A stretch of 64,000 nucleotides of DNA, taken from positions 261,202 through 325,201 of the forward strand of contig MU057959.1 of assembly GCA_013265495.1 (NCBI GenBank), written 5' to 3'. Every line of letters begins with the position of its first letter. Positions within the stretch are counted from its first letter, which is position 1. Source of the DNA: Vicugna vicugna (lineage: Eukaryota). Below the pieces are notes generated by a model that saw only the letters and a program-made list of their open reading frames with translations, ran no database searches and was not told where the DNA came from. Made by a program: the position numbers and the translations under genes. Of the stretch, positions 25,085-38,890 are shown piece by piece.

Positions 25085-26760
25085 ATTTTTAATGAAGCAT
25101 TTTAATCTTCAGATAACTGTAGAGTTGTGTGCTGTTGTAGGAAACAGTATAGAGAAATGTCATGCATGCTTCTGGTAGCCTCTCCCGTGGTAGCATCTTG
25201 GTGAATGATAGCCTAATGTTGCCATCAGAATATAGACATTAGTAAATGGACCTTTCCTGGCACCACAAGGTTCCCTCGTGTTCCCTTTTGTAACCACACC
25301 CACCTTCCTTACCTTCACCCTGGAAGCCACCAGCCTGTTCTCCATTTCTGTGCTATAAACATGTTTAATTAAGTTCAGGCACCTGTAAGTATGATTGGGC
25401 AGTACTGAGGACTGACTTTCCCCCGTCAGTGTCCTTGGAACTCATTTCGATTCATACAAGGTGGTGCAGGGCTCAGCAGTTTCTTCCTTTTTCTTGCTTA
25501 CGGACACGCATTGTGTGAGTGCACACAGCTGTGTCACCATTCCCTTGCTGAAGGATTTAGTGGCAAATTCCAGTTTGGGGCAATATGAATGAGGCTGCTA
25601 GGAATATTTAGCTACAAGAGTTGATGCACACGTGAAGCCACACGTTTCCATTTGTCTGAGATAAACGTCCAAAAGTTCTGAGTTGTATTGTTGATTTTTT
25701 TGTTTGTTTGTTTGTTTTGTTTTTGCTTTTTAAGAAACTACCCAACGGTTTTGCAGAAAATTAGTTCCATAGAAATAGATGAGTCGTCCGATTTCTTTTT
25801 CTAAACTTTTTTTTTTAACTGAAGTATAGTCAGTTTGCAGTGCATTTGTTACTTCCGGTGCACAGCATCATGTTTCAGTCATACATAGGCAAACATATAT
25901 CCGTTTTCATATTATTTTTCATTATAAGTTATATGATATTGAATATAGCTCCCTATGCTCTCCAGAAGAAACTTGTTGTTTATCTATTTTATACGTAGTA
26001 GTTAATATTTGCAAACCTTGAACTCCCAGTTTATCCCTTCGGAACCCCTTTCTCCTGGTAACCGTATGATTGTTTACTAAGTCTGCAAGTCTGTTTCTGT
26101 TTTGTAAATGAGTTTATTCGTGTTTCTATTTTTCTTTTTTTTTATATTCCACATATGATTGATATCATATGTTATTTTTCTTTCTCTTTCTGGCTTACTT
26201 CACTTAGTATGATCATCTCCAGGTCCATCCACGTTGCTGCAAAGACATTATTTCGTCATTTTCATGTCTGAGTAGTAGTCCATTGTATAAATAGACCACA
26301 GCTTCTTTATCCAGTCATCTGTCGATGCACATTTAGGTTGTTTCCCTGTCTTGGCTGTTGTAAATAATGCTGCTATGAACACTGGGGTGCAGGTGTCTTC
26401 TCTAATTACAGTTCCCTCCAGATACATGCTCAGGAGTGGGATTGCTGATAAGTGATTCAGTTTCCACACATCCTTGCCACCATTTGGTGTTCTCACTATT
26501 TTTTTATTTTGGTCATTCTCATAAGTGTGGGTGACATATCCTTTTCAATTTGCATCCCCCTGATTCCTGATGGCACTGAATCTCTGTTTATCTGCTTGTT
26601 TGGCGTCTCTCCAACCTCTTTGTGAAATGCCTCTGTCTTTTGTCCATCTTCTCATTGGATTGTGTGATTTATGGTTGAGTTGGGACACATTTTTTTAATA
26701 TATTCTACCTATTACTCTTCTGTCTGGTTTGTAGGTGGCAAATATTTTCACCACCAGTGT
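25085..26760 (-). mobile_element. old L1M 3' region containing a younger L1 insertion
   Basis: CCACCAGCCTGTTCTCCATTTCTG, TTCCAGTTTGGGGC..AGGCTGCTA and GTCCATCTTCTCATTGGATTG are antisense old-L1 motifs flanking 25797-26445. Confidence 0.7.
25797..26445 (-). mobile_element. lineage-specific L1 3' end (5'-truncated)
   Basis: Poly-T then TGAAGTATAGTCAGTTT. Minus-strand translation AIPLLSMY..TCTPVFIAALFTTAKTGKQPKCASTDDWIKKLW is the L1 ORF2 C-terminus. Confidence 0.93.
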
Positions 26761-28842
26761 ATTTTTAATGTTATTTTCTTATGCAAATATTTTCTCCAAC
26801 AGTGTATTTTTAATATGTTATTTTCTTATCTGTTTAATCATTTTATTAGGTTTCAGACAAGAAGCATTTGGGGATCTGATCTCTCCATAATTTTATCTTT
26901 TAAGACCCGTCATTTTGTTAGAACTATGTTACATGTGTTCTTTATACAACTAATTGTAAGAAGTGCCTTTTGCAGCGTAACCTTAATAATGCAGTTTGAC
27001 ACAATGGCTTAGTCAAGAAGGACACCTCAACGATGACCCCAGGTTACTGCCGCAGTAAGCAAGCGGTGGAGGGGATGGTGGGATTACAAGATACAGAGAC
27101 GGAACAATCATAGAGGAAGGAACTTTTCAATAACGCAAAAAAAAAAAAAAAACCCTCCAGGAACCTGTAAGAGAAAATTCCTCTTTCAGGTTGGCACATT
27201 TGACCTTGTGGAAAATCCAAAAGCTGCCGCCCTCTTCTTCCCCGTAGACAGGAGATGTTCCCTGAATTCCTCCTTGAAAACTGGGCGTCTCCGTCTAAAT
27301 ACGTTTTATGATGGCTTCATTCTCTCCTCAGTCCTCAGCTGCCTGTAGCAGGGTTATAGCAGGGAGTCATAAAAGCGTTCAAGCATTTTTTTTTCAGGAC
27401 GTCATCTGTATGAAACACATTTTACCAGCATCTAGATGATACTGTGATATGTGTGAACACAGGGGGTTATCCCTTCCCTCAGAGATGCTCGGTCAGTGCG
27501 TGGGGACCACCTGGTCGAGGGACATGTGTGAACAGAACAGAAAGGAGCCAGTGGTTTCTTTTAAAGCAGCACTAATCACAGGTTCATACGAAAGCAAGTG
27601 CCCAGGGCAACCCCATGACCTTGCAGGTTCTAGGTCTGCAGGTGCGGGCTAGGGCCTCTGGTCCCCTCTTTCTAACAAGCTCTCCAGCGACGTCGACTTG
27701 ATGTCTCTCAAGCAATCCATGTATAAAAAGCTCAACGCGAATGCAAAACTCATCAATCTTGTTAGCTGTCAAGACAGTGTTTACCATTTGGGAAGTCTGG
27801 TGCCTGGGGAGAGCTGGGCTTTGGTTTCTGAATCTCTGGCAATATTCTCTGTCTGTCTGGACCCTGTTCACACATTTCCATGTTGCACAAAGTCCACAGC
27901 ATTGTCTACTTACTCTTGTAAATTTGTCTGCAGATATGGTTTTCTTGGATACAATGTGTTCTTTACTCAAAAAAGAAAAAGAAGATGAATTTTTGCCCCC
28001 AGTCATCTAGAGGAAATTTGATTCATTGTGAAGAAAATACTCTCAGTTTTGAGCACACGTCCTCTTGTATATTGGGTGCCCCTTCCCGTGTCGAGTTCCC
28101 ACCAGGCGTTCTGCTTTCGACGAGTCCTTGATTCCCCCCAGGGGCTTCTGAGACGCTGCAGGCTTTCAAATCAAGGGAGGCTGACGCCCCGGCATGAGGA
28201 TGAGGAGGTTTCTTCCTGGCAAGGACTCAGGAGTGCTTGAGAGAACAGAGTGTGCTTCCTCAAGACTCTTTGACAAAATCTCTCTCACCAACAGGTGGAG
28301 TGGTGAAGAGAGACTTCTTGATTCCCCGGTGTTGGAAGACGTGCTTAAAAGGTTTCCCCCTGGCTTGGGTCGGTCTTTCGTCACTAAAATACTGAACTGA
28401 CGTTCAGAACCATGCCAATGACTGTACCTTGTAACGCAGACACCCTCTGTATCCTGATTTATAATCCTGTCATAAGTCAAAGTTTGCACAGCACACGCTG
28501 CCAGCAGCAAGGACTTGAGTGATAAACTGAGAGGCTGAGGGAGATGCAGAATGGATTGACTCACATCCCAGGACCTCACTCACCATCATCGCAGCACTTG
28601 CGTCCCTGAGTTCCCAGCCGCTCACCATCCCCACCGTCCGGGCTCCGTTTCCGAGTTCCCACAGTATTTTCTGTTGCTGTGCACAGAGCTCCGTGATCTT
28701 GCGATTGGCACGTTGACACGTCAGGGGTCTTCCAACCAGGTCCCCCAATTTCTCACTGTTTTGCTTTCCCTCTGCTGGAGTCCTGGAGGCTTCCAACGCT
28801 GAAGACACAAGTCAGTGACAACCCACCTGCACCCCATTAACA

Positions 28843-28995
28843 AGGGGCATCGTAGGGTTACATCCTACACAGTGTGTGCTTGGCATGCATGAGGTCCTGG
28901 GTTCAATCCCCAGCACCTCCATGAAAAATAAATACATAAACCTAATTACCACCCCCACAACAACAACAACAAAAACCCTGATATAAATAAATACA
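28843..28995 (+). mobile_element. vic-1-type SINE, degenerate 5' end
   Basis: GTGTGCTTGGCATGCATGAGGTCCTGGGTTCAATCCCCAGCACCTCC..AAACCTAATTACC. Confidence 0.88.
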
Positions 28996-29758
28996 TTAAC
29001 ATTTCCCATTTACCAGCATCATTTAAGTCTCCCTGCTCTCTGTCTGTACCAGTGCCAGCGCGCATCCCTGTCCAGCGAGCCGTGTCAAAGGTAAGATTCC
29101 AGTGCACGTTAGGAACTTTTGCTGGAAACCGTAGTTCTCATATCATCCAAATACATTCCCACTGCCCTTCATCTTAAAGTAGCCCAGTTCTTTCCCAGCT
29201 GGAGCGATGGGGGTGACACTGTTCTGAAAAAAAAAAATTATGTTTAGGTTCCTGCATCCTTAACTGATTCACATGTGCTTTAAACTGCAAGTCACAGGGA
29301 TCTTTGACCTGGAGCCACGACTTAAATCATTACCTGCCAAAGAAAGGAAAAAAATATATATAAAATGTGCACAAAGCTACGTCACCACCCGATGTATGAA
29401 AATCTCTTGCTCAGTTACTGCATTTCTGCACATCAAAGGATTGCGATGAGATTTAGGGTGGGAATGAAAAATCCACCAAAGTTTTTCTCAACTGGGAGAG
29501 CAAACCTGACTTCTAAAAAAAAAAAAAAAGTTCTCAATGTTTAAAGTTCTATTTTGGATAAATGGTATAGGTATAAAATATTCAATTTTTTTTTGTGGTG
29601 GAAGAATTTTTATTGATACATAGGTTACTGTGAAATAAATACAGTGGTAGGTTTTTAGGGAAATCAAAAGATAGAATTTCAGTTAAAGTGTGTTTTGGTT
29701 TCAGAAGAATACAGCGTTCTTTGAGTCTCTCACTTCCTTTCTGTCTGTCTCATACACA

Positions 29759-30052
29759 CACACTCACATAGACACAGATGTGCACATGCAGGACCTCCGG
29801 GTGTGCACACACTCACACGGACACAGGTGTACACACACAGGACCTTTGGGTGCACACACACTCACATGGACACAGGTGTGCACATGCAGGACCTCCAGGT
29901 GCGCGCATAGTCACACAGACACAGGTGTGCACATACAGGACCTTCAGGTGCGCGCACACTCACACGGACACAGGTGTGCACACGCAGGACCTTCAGGTGC
30001 ATGGACACTCACACAGACACAGGTGTGCACACACAGGACATTTGGGGTGCTC
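29759..30052 (+). repeat. 49-bp minisatellite, 6 copies
   Basis: Unit approximately CACACTCACACRGACACAGGTGTGCACAYRCAGGACCTYCAGGTGCRCR, starting at 29759, 29808 and so on with exact 49-bp period. Confidence 0.95.
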
Positions 30053-32279
30053 AAACATCTTGAACTTTAGTTTTCTCCCTCTCCTCTTTTGTGCAGAAAA
30101 GTCTTGCATCTATACATCTCGCCACGTGACCTAAATCAGATGCTCATTTTGGGGACAGACGCTCACTCCTGACAGAGATGCTTCCTTACCTCAGTTTCTC
30201 CCAGCACATGCCAGTGTTTTATAACTATAATAACATGCATATCCAAGTATGTATATTTATGCCGTGTTATATCTCAAACATGTGCTTTCGGCTCCTTAAG
30301 TGCAACCCCGCCCCCTAATGCATGCTTCCTACCGAGAGATCCTTCACTACTGTTGCCACATAAGTTTCCTAGGAACTGACCATGCCTTAAGCAGGAGCAA
30401 TGCAGAACAGCTAGGATCCGTCTCCATTAGGTGGACCTCTTCGGTCTGCCATCTCCCATGTCATCCAAGTTCAAACGCATATTACTTGAAACGCACTACC
30501 TTAAAATATCACGGTGTGTGGTTCTGGCAAAATTCTGACAAACAGAAGTTATCCGACTCAATGGCAGCCCATGCCTCTCAGATTTTACTCTCTTGCTGCC
30601 ACATACTTGATTAGCACTTGTGTAATCTGCTTGACATCAATATATGATCAAGTCAGTCTGTTAATCCAAAAGTCAGCCGGTTTAATAGAAATGGATTGAA
30701 AGATAAGTGTGAAATCGTTGGCTTTATGTCACTTAGACGGCGGTGGCTAAGGTCACACCATCACTTCACTGTCAAGTCTCTGTGGTTCAATTTAAGCCCT
30801 CGTTTCAGATACAAAAATTGGGGTGTGGGTCCACGGAGTGGCTGGCCGGTTTAGCGCAGATTCAAGAGTGGAAAGCAGGATGAGACTTACTGTTCGCTTT
30901 ACGATCACTTTTTAAACTTCTGTGTTGAATCTCCTCTGATGATGACGAGAGATACATCTTAGGTTGACGATCATTAACACCTTAAAAGGACAGTTAGCTT
31001 TAAGTAAGCTTGATTAAAAATCAATGGCCATGAGCACGAATGCAGAGAGCCCACTGCGTGGTAGAATTATCTTTTGCTCCTGTGTTTTAGCCACAGGGGT
31101 CGTGTTTTTAAGCTTTTTAGTTTTTTTAAGTTTTTGGTTACTGAGAAGGTTGCATTTTTTTCCTCCCAAATTTATGCGGTTGAGAGTGAACCCTGTACGG
31201 TCTCACAGAGGCGAACCAAGATATAACAGAGACCCAGGTTAATCGGTAATTTTCAAGAAAGGACTGACCTGAGTGGGGAGAGGCGTGCACAGGGCTGGGG
31301 TGAAGAGGGAATCCAATGTACAGAAGGACGGAAGGGTGTGAGGGTTTGAAAGTCCTAAGAGAGAAGGTCCATTCAGGGGAGATTGGAAGAGTCGCCCTGA
31401 TTCTGTGGAGATCCAGACCTCGCAAAACAGAAGGGACCCATGAAATCCTTTGCCTTTTCAGCGCCGGAGGAGGGAGGCCAGATGTCCACAGGTTCTGACC
31501 AAGTGAAGTTGAGGCCGTCATAATGCGTCGATCGCATCACACTCGGTTGCCTTGGCAGCCTTGACACCATGAGGGGACACAGGTAGCCTGCGCAGGGAAG
31601 AGAGGCAGAGCCCACTCCCCAGGGTCTGGAGAGCTGGCCAGAAGGGGCACGGGGGGTGCGTGTGGAGCACAGGAAGAACCATGGACAGCGGCACTTGGCT
31701 GGCGCGTGAGCAGGTGCACTGGGCCTGCAGGCGCGGGGACCAGGTGGCCCTGAAGCCCCTGGAAGACCCCCTTGGACACCGGCTCCATCCGTGTCAACCC
31801 GTGGCGAGTCTTCGTATCTCTTCCTTGGTTCCTCGAGCCCACCTGATCCCAGCGTGCAGGGAACTGGACCTCCTGGGAAGATGGCAGGTGAGGAATGAGC
31901 CACCTGAAGGTGTCTCGTGACCCCTCAGAGTCATGCGCAGTGAGACGTGGTTCCTCTGAGTCACCCCGCCCGTGGTGACAGCTCGGCCCAGGCCAGCGCC
32001 TTGGTACACGTTCCCATCGGTGGAAGTCAGTCTTGTTCTCCGAGCAGAGAGGCACTGACAGAACAGAAATCAGTCTGAAATTGTGACTTAATTTGTAATA
32101 TTTTTCCTTCTTCAAGACAGTCTGGTGACGGTTCCCCCTTGAACAGAGGGTCTCACGGCCATTGTACCGTCCGTCTGGATTAAAATGACCCAGAAGAACA
32201 TTTCCCTTGAAAAATGTGGAATTTTTCTCTCTATAAGTAAAATTACCATTGTGTTAGCTCTTTATTCCCTTTGTTTAAA

Positions 32280-32605
32280 TTCTTATTTTTCAGTGAAGTG
32301 TAGTCGATTCACAGTGTTAGTTTCAGGTATATAGCAAAGTGATTCACTTACAAATATACGTATATATATTTTTTCAGTTTCTTTTCCATTACAGCTCATT
32401 ACAAGATACTGAATATAGTTCCCTGTGCTGTACAGTAGATCTTTGTTGTTTATTTATTTTATATATAGTAGTGTGTATCTGCTAATCCCAGACTCCTAAT
32501 TGATCCCTCTCCCCATTCCTCCCTGGCAATCAGTTTGTTTTCTATGTCTGTGAATCTATTATTTCTAGTTTCTAAATAAAATTTGGCGGTTTTTTTTTTT
32601 TTTTG
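32280..32605 (-). mobile_element. L1 3' UTR fragment
   Basis: GAAGTGTAGTCGATTCACAGTGTTAGTTTCAGGT..AATATAGTTCCCTGTGCTGTACAGTAG..TATCTGCTAATCCC. Confidence 0.9.
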
Positions 32606-32899
32606 TAATCCTGACACTGTCCCTTCATGTGAGGTACATAATTGTTACCTTGGTTGGTAGATACATTTGCAAAAATATTCTCCCATTCCATAGGTTGTCT
32701 TTTTGTTTTACTTATGGTTCGTTGGTAGAAACAAAATTAGGAAGTTAAGTGAGAAATCATGTGAAAGAGTGCTATTGAGTCATTCTGCAGAACTGCGTGA
32801 TAAAGTTTTCATCCCCATTTTTTAAGTATATGAACTTTTTTTTTTCTGTTAAATCACATATAATCTTGTGGATATTTAAATACAGCTCTTATCGACAAA

Positions 32900-33230
32900 C
32901 CATGTCTGTCCTTTCAAGATGAATGTTTAAATCCTAACCACTGAAGGGATGGTGTTAGGAGGTGGGGCTTTTGGGAGGTGGTGAGACCATGAGGGTGGAG
33001 CCCCCACGAAATGGACTAGTGTCCTCCCAAAACAGGCCCAAGAGCGCTTCCTCCCCACTTCTCCACATGGGGACACCGAGGACATCCATCTGTGAACCAG
33101 GAAGACTATCCGCACCAGACACTGCATCTGCCAGAGCTTTGATCTTGGACTTCTAGCCTCCAGAACAGAGAAAAATAAATATCTGTATTTTATACGCCAC
33201 CCAGTCTAGAAGCACAAACAGACTAAATCA
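32900..33230 (+). mobile_element. MaLR LTR (MLT1A-like)
   Basis: AAATCCTAACC..GGTGTTAGGAGGTGGGGCTTTTGGGAGGTG..CATGAGGGTGGAGCCC, TGATCTTGGACTTCTAGCCTCCAGAAC, GCCACCCAGTCT. Confidence 0.87.
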
Positions 33231-36200
33231 AACTGTTTAAAGCAACAGTTATTGGCCAGTATAGAATCCTTGAGATACAAAACAGAGGAATATGAGATCA
33301 CATATCTAATATCTACAAGAAACTTTTATCAGAAAGACTAGAAGAAACTTTTAGATAAATGTATCCAAAGAAAAGATTTTTTTTGCAAAGTCATTATGAG
33401 TTTAGGAAAAGAGATGGTTAAACATTAATATGAATTATAAGCAGAAAGAAACGCAATCTCTAGTTTCCTAGGAAAACCTGATTTAATGCTTATGCACAAT
33501 TCAGTGTCTCATGGAATCTCATGTAACCATCAGAAATAGTTAAGCGAATTTTATTGCTGTTAGAAAGTGGATGTGGGTAAATATATATTTCTATGCATAA
33601 TGTATATTATATGCACATAATGCTATAGGGAACTAAATTATGCAAAACTCTACTTAAGTAAATAAATGTAATTCATAAGTTTGTTTTTTTTTCACTCTAA
33701 TTCTCAAGACATTTGCCATCAAGGTAGCCAGTGCAATGAGGTAATTATCAGCAGAATTATCATTGGGTTCCTTAAAGGATATAGCTGTTTTCAGCTATAG
33801 ACCAGAAAAAGGCATATCTTCAGAAATTTAGAAGTTTAGATACCATTCAAGGAAACTGTCTTCTTGGAATCTGGGTAGTGTGGAAATGTGATTTTACTAA
33901 AATCCTTTTATTTGGCCTTATTCGGGCTGTATGTCAGGCAACATTAAAACAGAGCATGATGTTAAAATACAAAGTCTCAATTTTGGTCAAAACAAGTACC
34001 GTGTTAATGCTATAATGTTTCCTCTCTAATTATTCTTCAGAGGAGTGATGAAGAATTTAACATCATTGGCTAATTGGTCCCATTATCAAAAACAAGACAT
34101 GTGTCTCAGACTTCCAGCAGCCTTAATTAGGGTTCCTGGAACAGATTCACAGTCTGTCGCAACCTTCCTCCTGTTTTGTTTTTGGTTTTCTGTTTTTTTC
34201 TTTGCAACAATACAAAATTTTACAATATGAATAGCAAAAAGGCTAGGTCCTACTTCTGACTCAAAAATCCGCCACTAGCCTTCCGCTGAAATTGCAGATC
34301 CCACACACGTCATGTGAAGAATATCAATGGTTTATCATTATTGAGGAAAAAGTGGTAACCTTGGCTTCCCATTGGCTTTTAGATATGAATATTGGAGAAT
34401 ATGTGTTTGCCTGTCATTTTTCATTTTCTGAGCATTTGATTTTGGGAGGAGCAAGAATAAGTATTTCTGTGGAAGCATTCAGGTCAATTGCTGTGAACCT
34501 TTGCACGTCAAAAGAGCGGCCATCTGTGCGCTGCGATGTGGCGAGATTTGTTCCTGCGCAGCTGCGTTGGTCATCTTCTTGAGAGTCTGATATTGGTTGT
34601 TCCGTTCCAAACATGTTGCTAAACATGACTCAGGTGCGTTGTGTGGACGTTCTTCAAAAAGGTGGACATGACGTCATCTGCCAGAGGGATGATGAGACCC
34701 TTCCATTTCCCATCTCATTGCAGCCATACCTGGATGCAGGTATGTTGTCTGTGCAGTGGACCAGGTGCCCACTGAGCTGAAAATCAGCTGCCCTTACCTC
34801 AACATTGATGGGGAACATGGCTGTGACACTGGACGTGGTCCTTGTCGTCTGCAAACTATGCATAAATGAGTAGGTGGTCTCTGTTTCCACCTCACTCTCT
34901 AGCATGTGTCCCAAATTTGGGGGGCGGGGTCTTGTTAACACGGTTTAAGTAACCACTGCCGTATGATTTCGTTTCATTTTACTCCCATATACAACCTCTC
35001 CTTCTAAATGACACCCAAGGCACAGCATAGGATCCAGTGCACCAGTTTGGGGAGATAAAGTGTCTGTGGGGTACAGTTGAGCTAGGGATGTTGCAGATAT
35101 TCGTAAATTTTATTTGTGCTTCCTGGGAAATGTATCCAGAACATTGTCTGCACTCAGTCCACATATGTGATGATGAGAATCATTTCATCCTAAACGTACC
35201 TTTAAAGATACACTAGCTTGACTGAGAAGAAGAAAGTACAAAACTTTCTTTGATTTAAGCACCAAAGAGAACAAGACACGTAGTCTGTAACGGGGAGATA
35301 GGTTCATGATGAAAAACGGATTGCTGCTTCCAAGGACTGAGGTGTTCATCAGGATGATGGAATACAGTGATTTTTGAACGTATGCTGGCCAGTGTCAGTT
35401 TTCAAAGACCTGGAGTGGAGAATGGTAGCATTCTCCAGGAGTGGTTCGTTATGACTTCCATCCCGATCTTTGGAGGCTTTTAAATGGGCCGTCCCCTAGC
35501 TTCCCCCCCTCCCCCATACACACGCCTGCTGGACTGGGCCATCAGGGAATGATGTGCGCCCACCTGCGCATTGGAAAACCTCCCCAGCTGTCTTGAGTGC
35601 ATGCCCAGGTTGGCGAGACAGAAATCTTGCTCATGGACAGACTTGGGAGATGGCCATCCACAGCCTCCAAGTGGGGCAGTAGTTTGAAGGGCAAGGTGCT
35701 GTCTCTTGCAGAGGCTTGCTGTTTGGATAAGGGTTAGGACTTCCGGCGCCCCAGCCAAGTTGGATGGGGATAAAGACTTCCCTGAACCTCAGCCAGGGAA
35801 CGTAGCAACTGTCCTGCCTTGGAAGATGTCGCAGGCACAGGGCCATGTGGTTTTAGAAGTGTCCGTTGAAGGAGTTGTCATGTGGCCCGGCCCCGTCACC
35901 CGTAGTTGGAAAAGCTTAAACTGAGAGATAATGGGGTGGAGGGGGCGGGTGCTGTCTGGAACCCTGTGGCATTTAGAATGAGAAGGCAGGAGGCAGAAAC
36001 CCGATCATCAGCGCCTAAGCCCAGGAAAGAAGCTACCTCCTCTCGTGCCTTGGAAGACCCCGTTCCCGTCTGGGGTCTTAAGTCCGTGTAACTACGATAC
36101 AAAATTTCTAATACTGGTATGTTACCCTGTAGAGCACAGGCTCGTGTAGAATCTGTTGAAATGGTGCATTGTCCAGAAAAACAAAAAACAAACAAACAGA

Positions 36201-37036
36201 ACCTCTCCAAAAATAAGCAAGGAAAACCAGTCTTAGGGACCCTGCTCTTCTTCCAGAGTTTATTTTGCAAGCGGTAGCAGCAACAGGCTACAGATCAATC
36301 ACTTACATCCAAGAGCAGGATCATCAGTGCCGTCCTTGGAGATGAAAAACTATATATAACTGGAGACTTCGACTCGGAGGAAATTACCTAGGTCCCCACC
36401 AAGATAAATAGCCCTAAAATTTTACCATGAAACAACACCAGCCTAAATAAATAAATAAATAAAAGATATAAATGCATTACTTCCCACCTCTTCCAATTAT
36501 AAAAGCACCGCTATTAAAACAGTTCATCTTTGTCACCTGAAGGGCATTCTCTGAAGTGTTTATAGCGATCATAGACTTCTGTCGACTCGTTCTGTCGTTA
36601 AGAGGTGCTCTGGATGGGAGGACAGTTGGAGCAATGCCATCAACTGTAATTCTATTTAAAAATGGATTTTCCTTTCTCTTTGTAACTTTTAAAGAGGCCC
36701 AATGTCCTTTTCATGGGCAGAAAGAATTCCAGTCCCTTGTAAGTCTTTACATTAAAAATACGGACAGACGCCGTGTGAGGAACAGGCAATGAGCAGAGAC
36801 GTTCAGTTGACTAATCCAACAGGAACAAAGAGGGACGTATGAGTAGGCCCGACTCATGTTGTCAGAGCCTTGTCTGTGAATCACAGCACGCCGGGCTAAG
36901 CTTTTGGTTGTGTTTGTTTCCGGTAAAAATAGGTAAGGGGGTAGAACCATCTCCCTTGCTGTGAGAGTGTCATGGGGACTTGATACATAGGACAGAAACA
37001 TCCTTGAGTGTGATCCCTCAGTCTCAGGACCTCACA

Positions 37037-37660
37037 GCCAGGGCAGAGGGTGCTCCTGGGGCCAGGGCGGAGAGTGCGCCTGGGGCCATGGGAGAGGGTG
37101 CTTCTGGGGCCATGGGAGAGGGTGCGCCTGGGGCCAGGGCGGAGAGTGCGCCTGGGGCCAGGGCGGAGAGTGCGCCTGGGGCCAGGGCGGAGAGTGCGCC
37201 TGGGGCCAGGGGAGAGGGTGCTCCTGGGGCCAGGGCGGAGAGTGGGCCTGGGGCCATGGGAGAGGTTGTGCCTGGGGCCATGGGAGAGGGTGCTCCTGGG
37301 GCCAAGGGAGAGGGTGCTCCTGGGGCCATGGGAGAGGGTGCTCCTGGGGCCATGGGAGAGGATGCGCCTGGGGCCAGGGCGGAGAGTGGGCCTGGGGCCA
37401 TGGGAGAGGGTGTGCCTGGGGCCATGGGAGAGAGTGCTCCTGGGGCCATGGAAGAGGGTGCTCCTGGGGCCATGGGAGAGGGTGCTCCTGGGGCCATGGG
37501 AGAGGGTGCTCCTGGGGCCATGGGAGAGGGTGCTCCTGGGGCCAGGGCGGAGGGTGGGCCTGGAGCCATGGGAGAGGGTGCTCTTGGGGCCATGGGAGAG
37601 GATGCGCCTGGGGCCAGGGCGGAGAGTGGGCCTGGGGCCTAGGCAGAGGGTGCACCTGGA
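37037..37660 (+). repeat. 24-bp G-rich minisatellite (VNTR), 26 copies
   Basis: Exact 24-bp period with interspersed variants GCCATGGGAGAGGGTGCTCCTGGG and GCCAGGGCGGAGAGTGCGCCTGGG. Accounts for five overlapping repetitive ORFs. Confidence 0.98.
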
Positions 37661-37982
37661 GCCAGCTAGGCAGGATTCAGACACAGCAAACATGAAAGAG
37701 CATGGCCTGGTGAGTAGGTTGGAAGGAGCAAGATACCGTGGTCTTGGGCAGGTGATTTAAAACATCCAAAACCTTAGTGATAAAGAAGATAAATGTCCTA
37801 TAAAGCTAAATTGACTGAATTTAGCAAGTCAAATGCACACAGCCATTTTTCCTACACACGCACTAAAAACATGCACACAGTTGTGTATATTTATTTATAT
37901 ATGCATGTGGGTATTGATTTATATTTGTACATGTGTGGATTGATTTTTCCTATAAACATATGGAGGTCTTTGCTTCTGTCTC

Positions 37983-38130
37983 TGTATATATATATATATA
38001 TGTATATATTATATATGTGTGTATACACACACACATATATACACACAATATATACAGCCACAGAGAGAGTGTATTGTGTGTGTGTATGTATGTGTGTGTG
38101 TATATATATATATATGCAGAGAGAGAGAGA
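37983..38130. repeat. compound (TA)n/(CA)n/(TG)n/(GA)n microsatellite
   Basis: Directly visible dinucleotide runs. Confidence 0.93.
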
Positions 38131-38731
38131 ATGTATTCTCTATTGAGAAATCCAAAGGGATTTGGTTTACACAATTATCCATAGTTTTCAAAGAGGGTAA
38201 TGAAAACAATATCATAAAAGCAACTTCAGAATATAGAATATTCTTTTACTGCAATGATTTGTTATGGGATATAGTTTTTTTTTTTAAGTTTTGTTGAAAT
38301 TAATGCAAAAATGGAACCATTCAGGAATCTGGAATTTGTATTATCTGATGAAGAAAATGATGCAGCTTACTCGGAAGAAGCTCATTTTCTCTGGTACTTC
38401 ATGAATTGATAAACTAATGGCCTGTTACAGATTTTGGAGCACTGATAGGTAAATCATGGGGAAAAAAAATTAAGGTGTCTTAGTGCAGTTCCCCAAAGAA
38501 ATGTCCTGAGGACCAGACACGGATGCGTTTCCTGCAGCCGCAGTAGGAGGGGTCCTTGGGAGGGGGGCGTCCGTTTCTAGCAACAAGCCAAGTCAGCCGC
38601 GCCTTCTAGTGCTCTTGAGTCACGGACACCAGAACATCCCACCTGCGGAAAGGGACCGGGAGCCATGCTGGCCGTGTGAAGTCGCGGACTCAGGTAACCG
38701 CCTCAAGGAAGCAGGGAAGCGGGCAGTGTTT

Positions 38732-38890
38732 GGGGGGAGGGTATAGCTCACGTGGTAGAGCATGTGCTTAGCATGCACGAGGTCCTGGGTTCAATGCCCA
38801 GTACTGCCTCCAAAAAAATAAATAAATGAACCTAATTACACCCCCAAAAAAACCCCTAAAACCGAAACAACAGAAACAAAAATAAAAACC
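38732..38890 (+). mobile_element. vic-1-type SINE
   Basis: GGGGGGAGGGTATAGCTCACGTGGTAGAGCATGTGCTTAGCATGCACGAGGTCCTGGGTTCAAT..AACCTAATTAC plus A-rich tail. Confidence 0.93.

Noticed and set aside
27584..28010. 140-aa minus ORF and overlapping plus ORFs in unique sequence
   Set aside because: No recognisable protein similarity, motifs or clear splice context; compatible with chance.
37037..37660. CRISPR-like periodic array
   Set aside because: Head-to-tail tandem units with no unique spacers, no cas genes, and mammalian DNA. The same applies to the 49-bp array.
36896..37760. Five overlapping 189-265 aa ORFs with collagen- or mucin-like octapeptide repeats
   Set aside because: All derive from a stop-poor 24-bp VNTR open on both strands. 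There is no unique domain or convincing exon context.
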